A stretch of DNA of 63,222 nt, counting the filler, from an uncultured bacterium (GTDB lineage Bacteria; B130-G9), in assembly GCA_965372715.1 (NCBI GenBank). It is 3 parts of 3 records of this genome, joined end to end, with 100 filler letters (N's around TTAATTAATTAA, not from the genome) between each part and the next. Parts side by side here need not be neighbours in the genome. Positions count along the whole stretch, not along the records: positions 26,348 to 52,140 come from CBDVDH010000055.1; 2 more parts are not named here. One strand, given 5' to 3'. Positions within the stretch are counted from its first letter, which is position 1; each line of letters starts with the position of its first letter. A program made the position numbers and the translations under genes. The notes under the pieces were generated by a model. The model was not told the DNA's origin and searched no databases. It saw nothing but the letters and a program-made list of their open reading frames with translations. This document shows, piece after piece, positions 28,644 to 38,727 of this stretch.

Positions 28644-29863
28644 ATGAGAGCAGCGGTTGTTTGTGTTGTTTTCGCAATGGTTTTGGCTGTCGGGCCGATG
28701 GCTCTGGCGGAGCCAACGGTCGCAATCTTCACCGACGCGGAGAGGTATGAGTCCGGGGATACAATTGAGGTGAGCCTTTCGGCGGAGAACGATGACGAGG
28801 CGATGTCGGTTGATGTGTATATAGGGATTATCCTGCCAAACGGGGACATCTGGTCCACGCAATATGATGGCTGGAGCCATTCCATCGAGCCTTGGATACC
28901 AGATGTCTTTGTTCCTGCTTGGTTCGAGCTGGAGCCTACGACATTCTGGACATTCGACCTGCCGTGCGAGGTGCCGCCGATAGAGGGGACAGGAGACTAC
29001 GCCTTCGCCGCACTCCTTACCTATCCCGGCGCACATTCACCTATGTGAGCATCGCAAGCCTCGCGCCGTTCAGCTACGGTTCAGCAGGCCCTTCGACGGA
29101 CATCACGATGGTGTCGATTTCCGCTGGCTCCTTTTTGATGGGTTCGCCCAGCAGCGAGTCGGGGCGGCGTTCGGACGAGGGTCCTCAGCGGACGGTGAAT
29201 ATCTCGGCGTTTCAGATGTCAGAGACTGAAGTAACTCAGAAGCAGTGGGAAGACGTGATGGGCTGGAACGATTGTTACTACAAGCGTGGGGACAACTATC
29301 CGGTTGAGGGTGTTACGTGGTTCGACTGTCTATCGTTCTGCAATAAGTTGTCCGAGGCGGACGGCCTCTCCAGAGCTTACACGATCACGAACATCTTCTA
29401 CAGCAGCGAGCACATCACATCGGGGGAAGTGACGTGTAACTTCGACGCGAACGGGTATCGGTTGCCTACGGAGGCGGAATGGGAATATGCCTGTCGTGCT
29501 GGGACGACGACGCGGTTCTATACGGGCGACTCGGATACTGATCTTGGTCGGGCGGGCTGGTATTATAGCAACTCTGGTTCAACGACGCAGACGGTTGGTG
29601 AGAAGGAGCGTAACGCATGGGGCCTTTACGACATGAGCGGCAATGTTTCGGAGTGGTGTTGGGACTGGTATTCATCGGGATACTATGGCAGTCAGCCGGA
29701 TCCGGACAGCGATCCTACGGGTGCCAGCAGTGGCTCCGACCGGGTCTATCGCGGCGGCAGCTGGTTTCTCGACGCCCGGCACTGCCGCTCGGCTCGCCGC
29801 CGCGGGATCTACCCGGGGTACCGGAGCAGCACCCACGGTTTTCGCGTGTCCAGGTCTCGTTAG
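28644..29863 (+). pseudogene. Secreted protein with N-terminal Ig-like domain and FGE/SUMF1 domain, frameshifted at about 29031
   Basis: Signal peptide and domain up to LLTYPG in one frame; TFTYVS..FLMGS..RLPTEAEWEYAC..GLYDMSGNV.EW..RGGSW..GFR in another; removing gc at 29031-29032 joins them. Confidence 0.8.
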
Positions 29864-29972
29864 CCACTTGCTCACTTTGCTACTTAGCTACTTGCGATAG
29901 TTTTGCGAAGGGTCAAGAGGGGCTTTAGCCCAAGAAAACCCTTCGCATGTGGAAGATGAGCAACGCGGGTCT

Positions 29973-29996
29973 GGCAGGCTGGAAAGCCTGCCCCAC
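29973..29996. repeat. REP-like hairpin, second subfamily
   Basis: ggcaggctggaaagcctgccccac; related copy ggcaggctggaaaacccagcctacg at 20429-20453. Confidence 0.55.
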
Positions 29997-30029
29997 GGTG
30001 GCGAAGTTGCAGATCTTGAACTGGACGGC

Positions 30030-31778
30030 TTAATTGAGCGGGGCGGCTTCCGGCACTGTTGGGCTTGAGACAAGCCAGGCGTAGAGCGCGCGGCAGGAGA
30101 TGGCGTTTGGCGACTGGCTGACCGCTCGCTCGGCCTCGTCGATCACAAGCGCTCGTGTATCTTCATGGGCGAGGTGGCCGATTAGATAGCCAAAACCAGG
30201 TGAGGCCGGATCGAGAAACTCATACTCGAATTGATCCCGCACGTCTCGAAACTTCTCGCTGCCGTCAACGTAAACCGCGCAGTTGTCGTCCCAAAACACC
30301 AAGTGCCAGCCGTTGTGGCGGTTCCACCAGTCGAGCAGCCTTTGGGCGCACGCAGACCCCGGTGCCTGGGATGCCGCTCGCGCCGACTGAGCCGAAAACT
30401 CACGGCGCCTCGAATCGAACCTGTAATCCAAGATCGCGTAGTCGATTCCATACTCATCGGCAATCTGCTCGAATGGCTCCTCTGCGAACTTCTGCCACAA
30501 AGCCTTGTGCACCACGTTTCGGCCATCGATGAACACCTTCCGCCCGGGATACGTGTTGAAAATGATGTAGCCGCCAAACCTGTGCGAGTTATACATACGG
30601 CCCGATATGTTGTGCTTCACGACGAAGTTGACTCCGCCGGCGGGGTAGGCGCCGAGGTTCACGCCGACGCCCGGCACGAATGCGCCGTGATTGAGGAGCG
30701 TTGCAGCCACGCAGATGCAAGCCAAAAGAGGTCCTGACGCCAGGGCGATCTTGGCGGCCCGCGAGCGAGATGCGCCGTCCTGGGACAAGAGCGGCCACTG
30801 GGAGATTATTCGTCCGATGGCCGGTGTCACGAGCAGAAAGAACATGGGGATGTATCGCCTCGCCAAGAGCGCAAGGGCCGTGGCCAGCAGGAGCTCGGCC
30901 GCGTCCGAGAGTCGGCATTTCCTGATGTTGGTGAGAAACACAACCCAAACCGCAACAAAGAGCGCCCAGAACAACTTGAACCGCAGGTCGGGCGATGTCC
31001 ACTCCATGACCGAGACCCCACCGCCTGCGCCGTGTTCGCGTAGCGCATTAGCGACAAAACCGAAGACGCCAGTCCCGTATGGGTTGACGAGCAACGCGCC
31101 GCTCGATATGAGCGCGGCAAGAAGCAACCATCGCACGCCTCGGTCATCACCCGGCTCCCGTCTTCTGCCAAGTCTGGATGATACAACGTCGCAGCCGAGC
31201 CTCAGCCATAGATAAACCGGGCCTATGATGGCGCCGGCCTGCATATTCACCCAGACGAGTGTCAGCAGGGACAGCAGGATTAGCCACTTTCGCCGACCAG
31301 CATAGAAAAGCTCGACGACAAGAATGACTGACGCAAGACCGAGGAAATTGACGACGTGCGGTCTCGTGATGAACCTGAAACGCGAGGCGCACGCCGCAAG
31401 CACTAGAAAGGAGGCAACTGCAATCAACGAGTCACGCTTGAGCTTGGCCCGAATGGCAGTCGCGCAGAAGACGAGCACGAAGGCGCCAGCGACCGCGACA
31501 GCCTTCAGAATTACCAGCAGCTCGAGCCCGAGGTGGCGCCTAACTAGTTCAGCCAGGACACAGAACAGCCATTCGTGCATGATCCAGGTCTCGCCGAACG
31601 ATGTGAAGGAAAACGGGTCGGAGGTCGGGACTGCGCCCGTGTCAAGTATCAGCTCGCCGGTCTTGAAGAGGAACCAGATGTCATAGCTAGTGATGCGGAA
31701 AAGCGCCAGCACGAAGACCGCTGCGGCAACAAACATGAGAGTGATCGCATACAAGCGCGGTCTCTCGCTGGAGATCAT
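30030..31778 (-). CDS. Polytopic membrane protein, probable GT-C-fold glycosyltransferase
   Basis: DIW..G..I..DPFSFT..HEWL, RPH, WVN.QAG; many TM segments; C-terminal FGGY..VFIDGR. Confidence 0.65.
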   Translation of the reverse strand: MISSERPRLYAITLMFVAAAVFVLALFRITSYDIWFLFKTGELILDTGAVPTSDPFSFTSFGETWIMHEWLFCVLAELVRRHLGLELLVILKAVAVAGAFVLVFCATAIRAKLKRDSLIAVASFLVLAACASRFRFITRPHVVNFLGLASVILVVELFYAGRRKWLILLSLLTLVWVNMQAGAIIGPVYLWLRLGCDVVSSRLGRRREPGDDRGVRWLLLAALISSGALLVNPYGTGVFGFVANALREHGAGGGVSVMEWTSPDLRFKLFWALFVAVWVVFLTNIRKCRLSDAAELLLATALALLARRYIPMFFLLVTPAIGRIISQWPLLSQDGASRSRAAKIALASGPLLACICVAATLLNHGAFVPGVGVNLGAYPAGGVNFVVKHNISGRMYNSHRFGGYIIFNTYPGRKVFIDGRNVVHKALWQKFAEEPFEQIADEYGIDYAILDYRFDSRRREFSAQSARAASQAPGSACAQRLLDWWNRHNGWHLVFWDDNCAVYVDGSEKFRDVRDQFEYEFLDPASPGFGYLIGHLAHEDTRALVIDEAERAVSQSPNAISCRALYAWLVSSPTVPEAAPLN

Positions 31779-32773
31779 CGCGACCCCTTTGAAAGCCTCA
31801 GCTGCTCGATGAACGCCTCAACCCGGAGCCGATTCTGCGCCGAAAGCGGGCCTGGATAGTTGCCCTCAATCGATAGGATCGGCACTGGCAGGCGTCTCCT
31901 GAGGATCAGGTCCTCGATCTGCCGGAAGCAGAACGCCTGCGCATAGTGGATGACCCCGTCGAGCCGCCTGATGCGTATCTGCTCCTCGATGTCGGCGATG
32001 CGTCCGAAGACGTCGTAGGGATACGTATAGCGAGCGTATTGCTCGATCAGATTCTCGGCCGGACTGAGCATCGCAAACTGCCTCTGCACCTCATTGAACA
32101 CAACGCTCGCCCCGTTTCTCTCAACGAAGTCGTAGATGTCGGGGTTTATTGGAGGCACGCCCACGAAACCAAGCTTGAGGCGCCAATCAAAGTCCTCCAG
32201 CGCCTCGCGTTCTGAGGCCTTCTCCAAGAGACCATCGAGATACGCGTCGAATTGGGTGGGATCACCGAACATGTCGCTCGAAGAGACCAGCGCGATGTGA
32301 TTCTCGGCCCCAGAGAACTTGCCGGCCTGCCAGGTGAGGTCATCGATGCTGCGCAGCTTCTCACGAGTGCTGCACAGGGAACTTCGCATCTCCTCCGCCT
32401 GGTCGAGGTCGGTAGCCAGACGCTGGCAGAAGACGCGTATCTGCTCAGCAAGGAGCCTCTTATCGCGGCCGTATGGATATGCGAACGGGATTATTCTCAC
32501 CCCGGTGAGTTCCAGCGTCTCCGCCAGCGCCTGCGTGTTGCTGCAATCGCCCTGCGTTACAGCCACTATCGTCTGGATGCCCTCTGACAGAACCGCCCCG
32601 TATATTCCTTTGACCCAACCGCAGACGGTGACCGGATAGCCATCTTTCTCCGCTCGCTCAATGAACCTGGCCCGCTCGGGATGCGTGATGAACAGGTTGT
32701 TGAGATCCACCGGCGTGTGGCCCGCCGCAAAGATCACCTCAACAGGAACCGTGGTCGTTATCCCGATTTTCAT
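31775..32773 (-). CDS. 2-hydroxyacyl-CoA dehydratase D-component family protein
   Basis: TTTVPVEVIFAAG, CGWVKG, GDCSN, DGVIHY.Q.FC.R, RVEAFIE. Confidence 0.85.
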   Translation of the reverse strand: MKIGITTTVPVEVIFAAGHTPVDLNNLFITHPERARFIERAEKDGYPVTVCGWVKGIYGAVLSEGIQTIVAVTQGDCSNTQALAETLELTGVRIIPFAYPYGRDKRLLAEQIRVFCQRLATDLDQAEEMRSSLCSTREKLRSIDDLTWQAGKFSGAENHIALVSSSDMFGDPTQFDAYLDGLLEKASEREALEDFDWRLKLGFVGVPPINPDIYDFVERNGASVVFNEVQRQFAMLSPAENLIEQYARYTYPYDVFGRIADIEEQIRIRRLDGVIHYAQAFCFRQIEDLILRRRLPVPILSIEGNYPGPLSAQNRLRVEAFIEQLRLSKGSR

Positions 32774-32813
32774 TGAATCGTTTCAGGCCGCGTTCCAATG
32801 GCTGAAATTGCCG

Positions 32814-32892
32814 TGTAGGGGTGCTAGTTGCTGCACCCTTGATATACGTGTTGATCACGCCAAAGGAGGGCGGGGCAAGCACCGCCCCTACA
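32814..32892. repeat. Degenerate REP pair
   Basis: tgtaggggtgc..agggcggggcaagcaccgcccctaca. Confidence 0.65.
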
Positions 32893-32954
32893 CATCCGCA
32901 CCAGCCATGACGCAGTCCCCTCACGACCGCGCCGAAAGAACCCGCCAGCTGTCA

Positions 32955-34412
32955 TCAGAATGCGGAGAAGTGAAACGGCTCGGAGTCGAGCGAGAACTCC
33001 TCACCCGTGACAGGGTCGATGAGGCGCGCGAATATCTCGTAGTTTCCCGGCGCCTCAGTGCCAGAGAATGTGTATTCGTAGATGAGGAACTCCTCGTCGA
33101 TTTCAGGCCCAATTGCGAACATCGAGCAGGGGTCGAGGACCGAGAAGACCTCCCCGTTGGGATGCTCAACCCAGACTTTTGCCTCGATAGCCACCTCCTC
33201 TCGGCCATTCGTAACGTGCGCCGAGACGCTCACCGTATCGTGCATTTTGAACGAATCATCATTGAGTGAAAGCTCGGCCGACACGCCGACAATTGCCTTG
33301 CCCTGCTCGCCCTGGATGTAAAGGAGCGCATTGCCGCCGTCGGCAGTCTCGTCCTCGCCCGCATAGACAATGTGCAGGTGCTCAGAGTCTGCCGTCATCG
33401 CTGTCATTCTCGAGGCAAGCGACCATTGCCCATATCTCTTGAGCGGGATGCTTTCTACGTGCCAGCCCAAATCATCACCAAAAAGATACCTGGTCTTGTC
33501 GGCTTGCGAATAGGACTGCACGTGGGCTATCTGCGTGGTGTACGACGCGCCGACTGCTATCTGAGCCCAAATCCCACCGTCCTCAAGGGGTTCGGCTTCC
33601 CAAAACGCCCCGGTCTTGGTAGCGCAGAACAGCTTGGAGAACAGCGGAGGCGTGCCATCCAAATAGGCGAGGCGCAGATTATCCTCGTCGTCGATCACGA
33701 GCGAATCCCACAGGCCGATCAAGCCGTACGCGGGCGACGCGACCAGCTCGTATTCCCACTCGTCAGCGCGGAGCGAGGCGCACATCAGGTCTCCTTCACG
33801 GTCGAGATATACAACGCTCGGCACAAAGGAAGAATCGACAACGATGCCGGTCACTTCATTCGCGTTCGTTTGGAGAACGTCACTCTCCCAGAAGAGTCCC
33901 ATTTTGCAGAGATACTGGATCGAGCCGTCGGCATAGCAGAAGACGATGTGGGCGTTGGCGTGGTCATCGACGAAGATGAGCGGCGCCCCATGAGGCATCT
34001 GTTTGCTCGGGCAGCTCGATATGTCCCAGAACCAGCCTTGAAAGACGGCCAGCTTGGGCGGCTCGGCGGGCAACGTTGAATAGACTATGAACGGCTCTCG
34101 ATTGCGGTTGACGGCTATGTCGGGATGCGAGCCAGAGAATGCGGTCAGCTCGGCGATAGTCTCCCGTTCCCAATGGCCCGACGCATTTGACGCATAGACG
34201 ATCTCCGGAGCCTCGAAGTCAGGGGCATAGAGGTAGCCGACGTGCAAGTTCTCATCATCGTCCATGACAACCGACGCATAATAGTCCCCGTCACGATGAT
34301 CGACTACTTCGGGAGAAGACCAATCACCACAGTGTCCCTCCCCGGCCGCAAGGACCAGGCCCAACGTGCCGAGAAAACACGCCGCGAGACCAAGTGCTTT
34401 CCAATCGCTCAT
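32955..34412 (-). CDS. Secreted beta-propeller-like protein with a C-terminal Ig-like domain
   Basis: Signal peptide; repeated D....HI.Y..W..E blades; C-terminal domain shared with the genes at 28644 and 34631. Confidence 0.75.
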   Translation of the reverse strand: MSDWKALGLAACFLGTLGLVLAAGEGHCGDWSSPEVVDHRDGDYYASVVMDDDENLHVGYLYAPDFEAPEIVYASNASGHWERETIAELTAFSGSHPDIAVNRNREPFIVYSTLPAEPPKLAVFQGWFWDISSCPSKQMPHGAPLIFVDDHANAHIVFCYADGSIQYLCKMGLFWESDVLQTNANEVTGIVVDSSFVPSVVYLDREGDLMCASLRADEWEYELVASPAYGLIGLWDSLVIDDEDNLRLAYLDGTPPLFSKLFCATKTGAFWEAEPLEDGGIWAQIAVGASYTTQIAHVQSYSQADKTRYLFGDDLGWHVESIPLKRYGQWSLASRMTAMTADSEHLHIVYAGEDETADGGNALLYIQGEQGKAIVGVSAELSLNDDSFKMHDTVSVSAHVTNGREEVAIEAKVWVEHPNGEVFSVLDPCSMFAIGPEIDEEFLIYEYTFSGTEAPGNYEIFARLIDPVTGEEFSLDSEPFHFSAF

Positions 34413-34630
34413 TTAAGTTCCTCCACGGAATCTACGACATGAGTATTGATTATATGTATGTATCACATCTGATCGAGATGTTATGTAAAACCAAGGCTCA
34501 AGACAAGAACGTCGCACGAGCGAACCGGCGCTCTCGCGGTCCCGTAATGAATCCACTCGATTCGGCCGCGGAGAGTCATTAGGTCGGACAGCTGGCGATT
34601 CTTGTCCTGACATTGCGTGAGGAGAGAGCC

Positions 34631-36835
34631 ATGAGAAGAACCCTGGGATGTGTGTGGGCAATAGCCCTCGCGGGTGTGCTCGTTTCGGTAGGACTCGCAT
34701 CTACCACGACTTATTACGTCAATAGCACAATCGGCGATGATCTAAACGACGGGTCCCGGAGCCGACCCTGGAAGACGATCACGCACGCTCTTGACAATAT
34801 CGGTGGCGCCGAGCCGAGCCGTCCGGCGAGACTTGAGATCACATCAGGCAACTACTCGGCGACAGCGAACGGCGAGGTTTTTCCTCTTGAGGTGAGGAAT
34901 TACGTCACAATGGTAGGCATGGGCCCCGAGTCCACTGTACTGGACGCTGGCGGCGCGGCGCCGCACGTGATCCTGCTTGATGGAGTGCTGTCGGTCACGA
35001 TAGAGGGGATGGCGCTTACGGGCGGTGCGGCGACGGGCACATGGCCGGACGCCAGTGGCGGCGGCATCTGCGCCATCAACTCCGAGCTCACAGTCCGAAA
35101 CTGCAAAATGTATAACAACAGCGCGACAGGCGTCGAGAAACACGGCGCCGGGGCTGGCATTTACCTATACGGTGAGAGCTCTCCGCTGATCGAGGACTGC
35201 GAGTTTGTCATAAACACGGCAAGCACGGGTGGCGCCGGTATTTGCAGTGAATACTACTGCACGCCGACGATTGAGAACTGCACGTTTGATCAGAACACCG
35301 GGGCGGCGATCTATGCGTGCAGGTGGTCGGACGTGGAGGTCAAGGATTGCTCCATAACGGAGAACACGGGCGGCATCGTCCTGGAAAACTTCTCAAGCAT
35401 GCTTGTTGATTCCTCGAATATCGCGAGAAACAGCGCTGATACTGGCGCCGCGGTCAACTGCCTCCACCATTGTCAGGTGACGCTGCAATCCTGCACCTTG
35501 TGGTCGAATGTCGCGACGGGCGACGGCGGAGCCATCTCGTGCGCGCGGGAAGGGACCTGCAACGTCATCGACTGCGAGATCTCTCTGAACACGTCCGGGC
35601 AGGACGGCGGCGGCATCTGCTCAGTTGGCTCGACCCTTGAGCTTCTGCGCTCTAACCTCTGGGCCAACTCAGCGAGGCGCGAAGGCGGCGGCGTATTCTG
35701 TGGGCAAGACTCGCAGGCCGCAATCGGCGAGACCGATATCGCTGGCAACGATGCTCCCTGGGGCGCTGGAGTAGCGTTCAGCGACAACGCGGACGGCAAT
35801 CTAACGTCCTGCAACTTCATGCAGAACGAGGCCTCCTCCGGCGGCGGCGCTCTCTTCTGCCGAGATTATTCATCTCCGGAGCTTCTGCACTGCGAGATGT
35901 CGGATAACTCTGTGGCCGGCACCGAGGCGATAGGCGGCGGAGCAATCTACTGCGAGTATTTCTGCGATCTGGACGTAGCCAACTGCCTGATCGTCAATAA
36001 CGATGCTGAAGGCGCTGGCGGGGGCATATTCCTCAAGGAATACTGCAACCCAACTCTCATTAACGTCACCATCTGGGACAACACCATGACTGGGAGCGCG
36101 GAGAGCATCTACTGCGATGGCTACTGCAAGCCCGAGCTCGAAAGCTGTATCGTCTGGGGCGGTGATGACGGAATGGCCGCGCTATATGAAAGCGAGGTCT
36201 TGGCGTCGTATTCCTGCCTCTTCGGCGGGCACACCGGGCCAGGAACAGGCAATGTCGATCAGGACCCTCGGTTCGCGAGCGCCACTGACTCGGGAGGCGA
36301 GTATTACCTCAGCGCTCAAGCAGCTAAACAGACGGAAGACAGCCCATGTATCGACGCCGGATTAGGACTGGTAGAGGAGGGGCGTGGTGGTCTTTCATTC
36401 CGCACCACTCGAACCGACAACGGCTTCGACAGGGACGAAATCGATATGGGCTATCACTACCCCACAAGGACGGCGAACATCAGCTGCTATCTCAACGCAT
36501 CGAATTATCGTGCTGGCGCCCTGCTCGATCTTTCCGTTCGCGTGGCAAATCCGGACAACGAGGCCAAGACCGCGGATGTTTACGTTGCTATCCTGATGCC
36601 CACGGGACATATCTTCTGCCTCGGCGATGCGGGGCTCGTGGCCGGATTGGCCGCCTGGAAAGCTAACTACGAGATGCCGGCTGGTTACCTCTTTGGCCCT
36701 GTGAGCGTACTGCAAGTGCAGGTCCCATACGGCTGTCCGGCCGGAACGTATCTGGCGGCCGGGGCGCTCTTTTTGCCCGGCAGCATGACTGAGATCAGCG
36801 AAATAAGCTTGGTCGATTTCGAGATATTGCAGTAG
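34631..36835 (+). CDS. Secreted right-handed beta-helix protein (DUF1565-like N-terminus) with a C-terminal Ig-like domain
   Basis: Signal peptide, GDDLNDGS..PWKTITHAL, repeated N.A..GGGI.C, SPCIDAG, DMGYHY. Confidence 0.88.
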   Translation: MRRTLGCVWAIALAGVLVSVGLASTTTYYVNSTIGDDLNDGSRSRPWKTITHALDNIGGAEPSRPARLEITSGNYSATANGEVFPLEVRNYVTMVGMGPESTVLDAGGAAPHVILLDGVLSVTIEGMALTGGAATGTWPDASGGGICAINSELTVRNCKMYNNSATGVEKHGAGAGIYLYGESSPLIEDCEFVINTASTGGAGICSEYYCTPTIENCTFDQNTGAAIYACRWSDVEVKDCSITENTGGIVLENFSSMLVDSSNIARNSADTGAAVNCLHHCQVTLQSCTLWSNVATGDGGAISCAREGTCNVIDCEISLNTSGQDGGGICSVGSTLELLRSNLWANSARREGGGVFCGQDSQAAIGETDIAGNDAPWGAGVAFSDNADGNLTSCNFMQNEASSGGGALFCRDYSSPELLHCEMSDNSVAGTEAIGGGAIYCEYFCDLDVANCLIVNNDAEGAGGGIFLKEYCNPTLINVTIWDNTMTGSAESIYCDGYCKPELESCIVWGGDDGMAALYESEVLASYSCLFGGHTGPGTGNVDQDPRFASATDSGGEYYLSAQAAKQTEDSPCIDAGLGLVEEGRGGLSFRTTRTDNGFDRDEIDMGYHYPTRTANISCYLNASNYRAGALLDLSVRVANPDNEAKTADVYVAILMPTGHIFCLGDAGLVAGLAAWKANYEMPAGYLFGPVSVLQVQVPYGCPAGTYLAAGALFLPGSMTEISEISLVDFEILQ

Positions 36836-36850
36836 CGGCACAAGCCCATT

Positions 36851-37010
36851 GAGCCTGTCCCATAAGTGCGCTTGTGTAGGGGCGTGGTCTCTGACCCGCC
36901 CGCCTACATGAATCCCTGCGGATACGAGGCATCTTATGCGACCATCAATTCGAACGGGCGGGTCTGAGACCGCCCCTACGCACCGTTCGGCCTATTATGA
37001 CCCAGCCTCC
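36851..37010. mobile_element. About 160-bp MITE-like element containing REP hairpins
   Basis: Imperfect terminal inverted repeats gagcctgtcccataa / ttatgacccagcctc; followed by half REP gtgagccgtcccccaaca. Confidence 0.6.
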
Positions 37011-37080
37011 GTGAGCCGTCCCCCAACAGCGTCCGCACTGACGCGGACAAGCTAGCTATCCCAGAGCCGAGGTGCGCCCT

Positions 37081-38577
37081 TTACTTAGATAGAGCTGGCA
37101 GCCCAACCGGTCTTGCTGACCTGGCCCGACAGGTAGCCCTATCGGCCTCAGCAAAATCGGTGATAGTTGTGTCCGTGAGGATGTGTGGCGTCAGGAACAT
37201 GACGAGCTCCTTCTTCGACGTCGTGCGCCTCGTCATGCGGAAGAGTCGGCCTATGTATGGGATGTCGCCGATAACGGGGATCTTATACACCATCTCCTGA
37301 GAATCGTCGAACATGAAGCCGCCGATGACGATTGTGCGGCCATCTCTGGTCCTTGCGTAGAGGTCCCCTTCTCTCCGGTTGGTCTGCGGCTGCCCACCCA
37401 CACTGCCTGTGACCGTCTCGATGTCTGGCTTGATCGACATCGTTACGTAGCCGTCGGGTGATATCTCCGGCCGTATCTCAATGCTTGTCCCGACCTCACG
37501 CCATGCAACAGTCGGTCTGTACTCTGTGTAGGCTATGCCAAGCGGGTTCACATCAGTAACCTTGACGTATTCGGTGTATGGGATGTTGTCGTAAATCTGG
37601 AACTTGGACGTCATCCGGTCCATTGCGACTAGTTTGGGACAGGAAATCATCTGCACGTCCCCCTGCTGAGCAAGGGCTGTCAACAGCATGCTCACGTGGT
37701 CATTTCCGAGGCCTGCATAGAGAATCTGACCTTCCATATAGCCTGTCAGGAACGTCATCGCATGACCCTTCAAGTCAGACCAACCCGACAAATCGATGTC
37801 AGGAAAACTCCAGTCGATCCCGAGCTCGTGCTGATCGTTGAGCTTCACCTCGAACAGCTCGACCTCAATCTCGACCTGGGGAGGCTTGACGTCGATCGCC
37901 CTTATATATTCCTCAACGTAATTCGAGACTGTCGGGTCGCAGTTTATCAAGGTAAGCGTCCGCGAGGGATCATCCGTCAAGACCAGACCCCGACCCGCGA
38001 TGATGGCCTCGACTTGCGACCTAACATCACACAGTGGCGCCTGATTTATCCTAAATAGCCTTATCGGCTCGCCCCTGTTGATGATCAGGAACTTGTTATC
38101 TATACGCCACGAATAGCCAAAAGTGCGAAGGACAACGTCGAATATCTCCTCGAGCGTTACGCTGGCGACGTCCAGGGTAATCACGCCCTCGAGGCGCCGC
38201 GGGATGATCACGTTCAAGCCCTTGCCCTTGACGAGCGTCTGCACAACGTCGTGAAGCTGCGCATCCTGAACCTTGATGTCGAACCGCTGCTGGAGAATAT
38301 ACGGCACAGGCGACTCAGGAGCGGCAGCCAATGCAAGCGCCTCTGAAACTTCGGCCAAATCGAGGTTCTCCAAAACGGTCACGTCCTCGAGCACCGAATC
38401 TTCCGGTTCGATAGTTTCCTCGACCACCGGGGCCGGTTCTACCTCAGCCTCGGTCTCGCTACCGGCAGGTCCCGGCGCGGGTGAACGCACCGTGGCGCAT
38501 CCTGCAAGCAGAGCAAGCGTTACCACAAGAGAAAGCACGGCGATTGAACTCGCCCCTTCTATCCATCCGTTCCTCAC
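37081..38577 (-). CDS. Outer-membrane secretin (PilQ/GspD family), lipoprotein
   Basis: Lipobox LLAGC; QVEIEV..LGIDW; GRTIVIGG..KIPVIGDIPYIGRLF..KELVMFLTPHI. Confidence 0.93.
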   Translation of the reverse strand: MRNGWIEGASSIAVLSLVVTLALLAGCATVRSPAPGPAGSETEAEVEPAPVVEETIEPEDSVLEDVTVLENLDLAEVSEALALAAAPESPVPYILQQRFDIKVQDAQLHDVVQTLVKGKGLNVIIPRRLEGVITLDVASVTLEEIFDVVLRTFGYSWRIDNKFLIINRGEPIRLFRINQAPLCDVRSQVEAIIAGRGLVLTDDPSRTLTLINCDPTVSNYVEEYIRAIDVKPPQVEIEVELFEVKLNDQHELGIDWSFPDIDLSGWSDLKGHAMTFLTGYMEGQILYAGLGNDHVSMLLTALAQQGDVQMISCPKLVAMDRMTSKFQIYDNIPYTEYVKVTDVNPLGIAYTEYRPTVAWREVGTSIEIRPEISPDGYVTMSIKPDIETVTGSVGGQPQTNRREGDLYARTRDGRTIVIGGFMFDDSQEMVYKIPVIGDIPYIGRLFRMTRRTTSKKELVMFLTPHILTDTTITDFAEADRATCRARSARPVGLPALSK

Positions 38578-38727
38578 ATCAGCCTCCCGTATAAAAAAGA
38601 ATCCTATATTCTATTGCGCCCCTGTCCTTGGGCGCTTCTTTTTACAATACTACGTAAGCCCCGAAGCCATCGAGGCATTTCAACCAGACAGCGCTTCTTA
38701 TCTTAACCAAACAGCAATCATGGGGGA

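Noticed and set aside
29100-29863. FGE/CLec-fold domain as a diversity-generating retroelement target
   Set aside because: No reverse transcriptase and no template repeat of the 3' end in this window.
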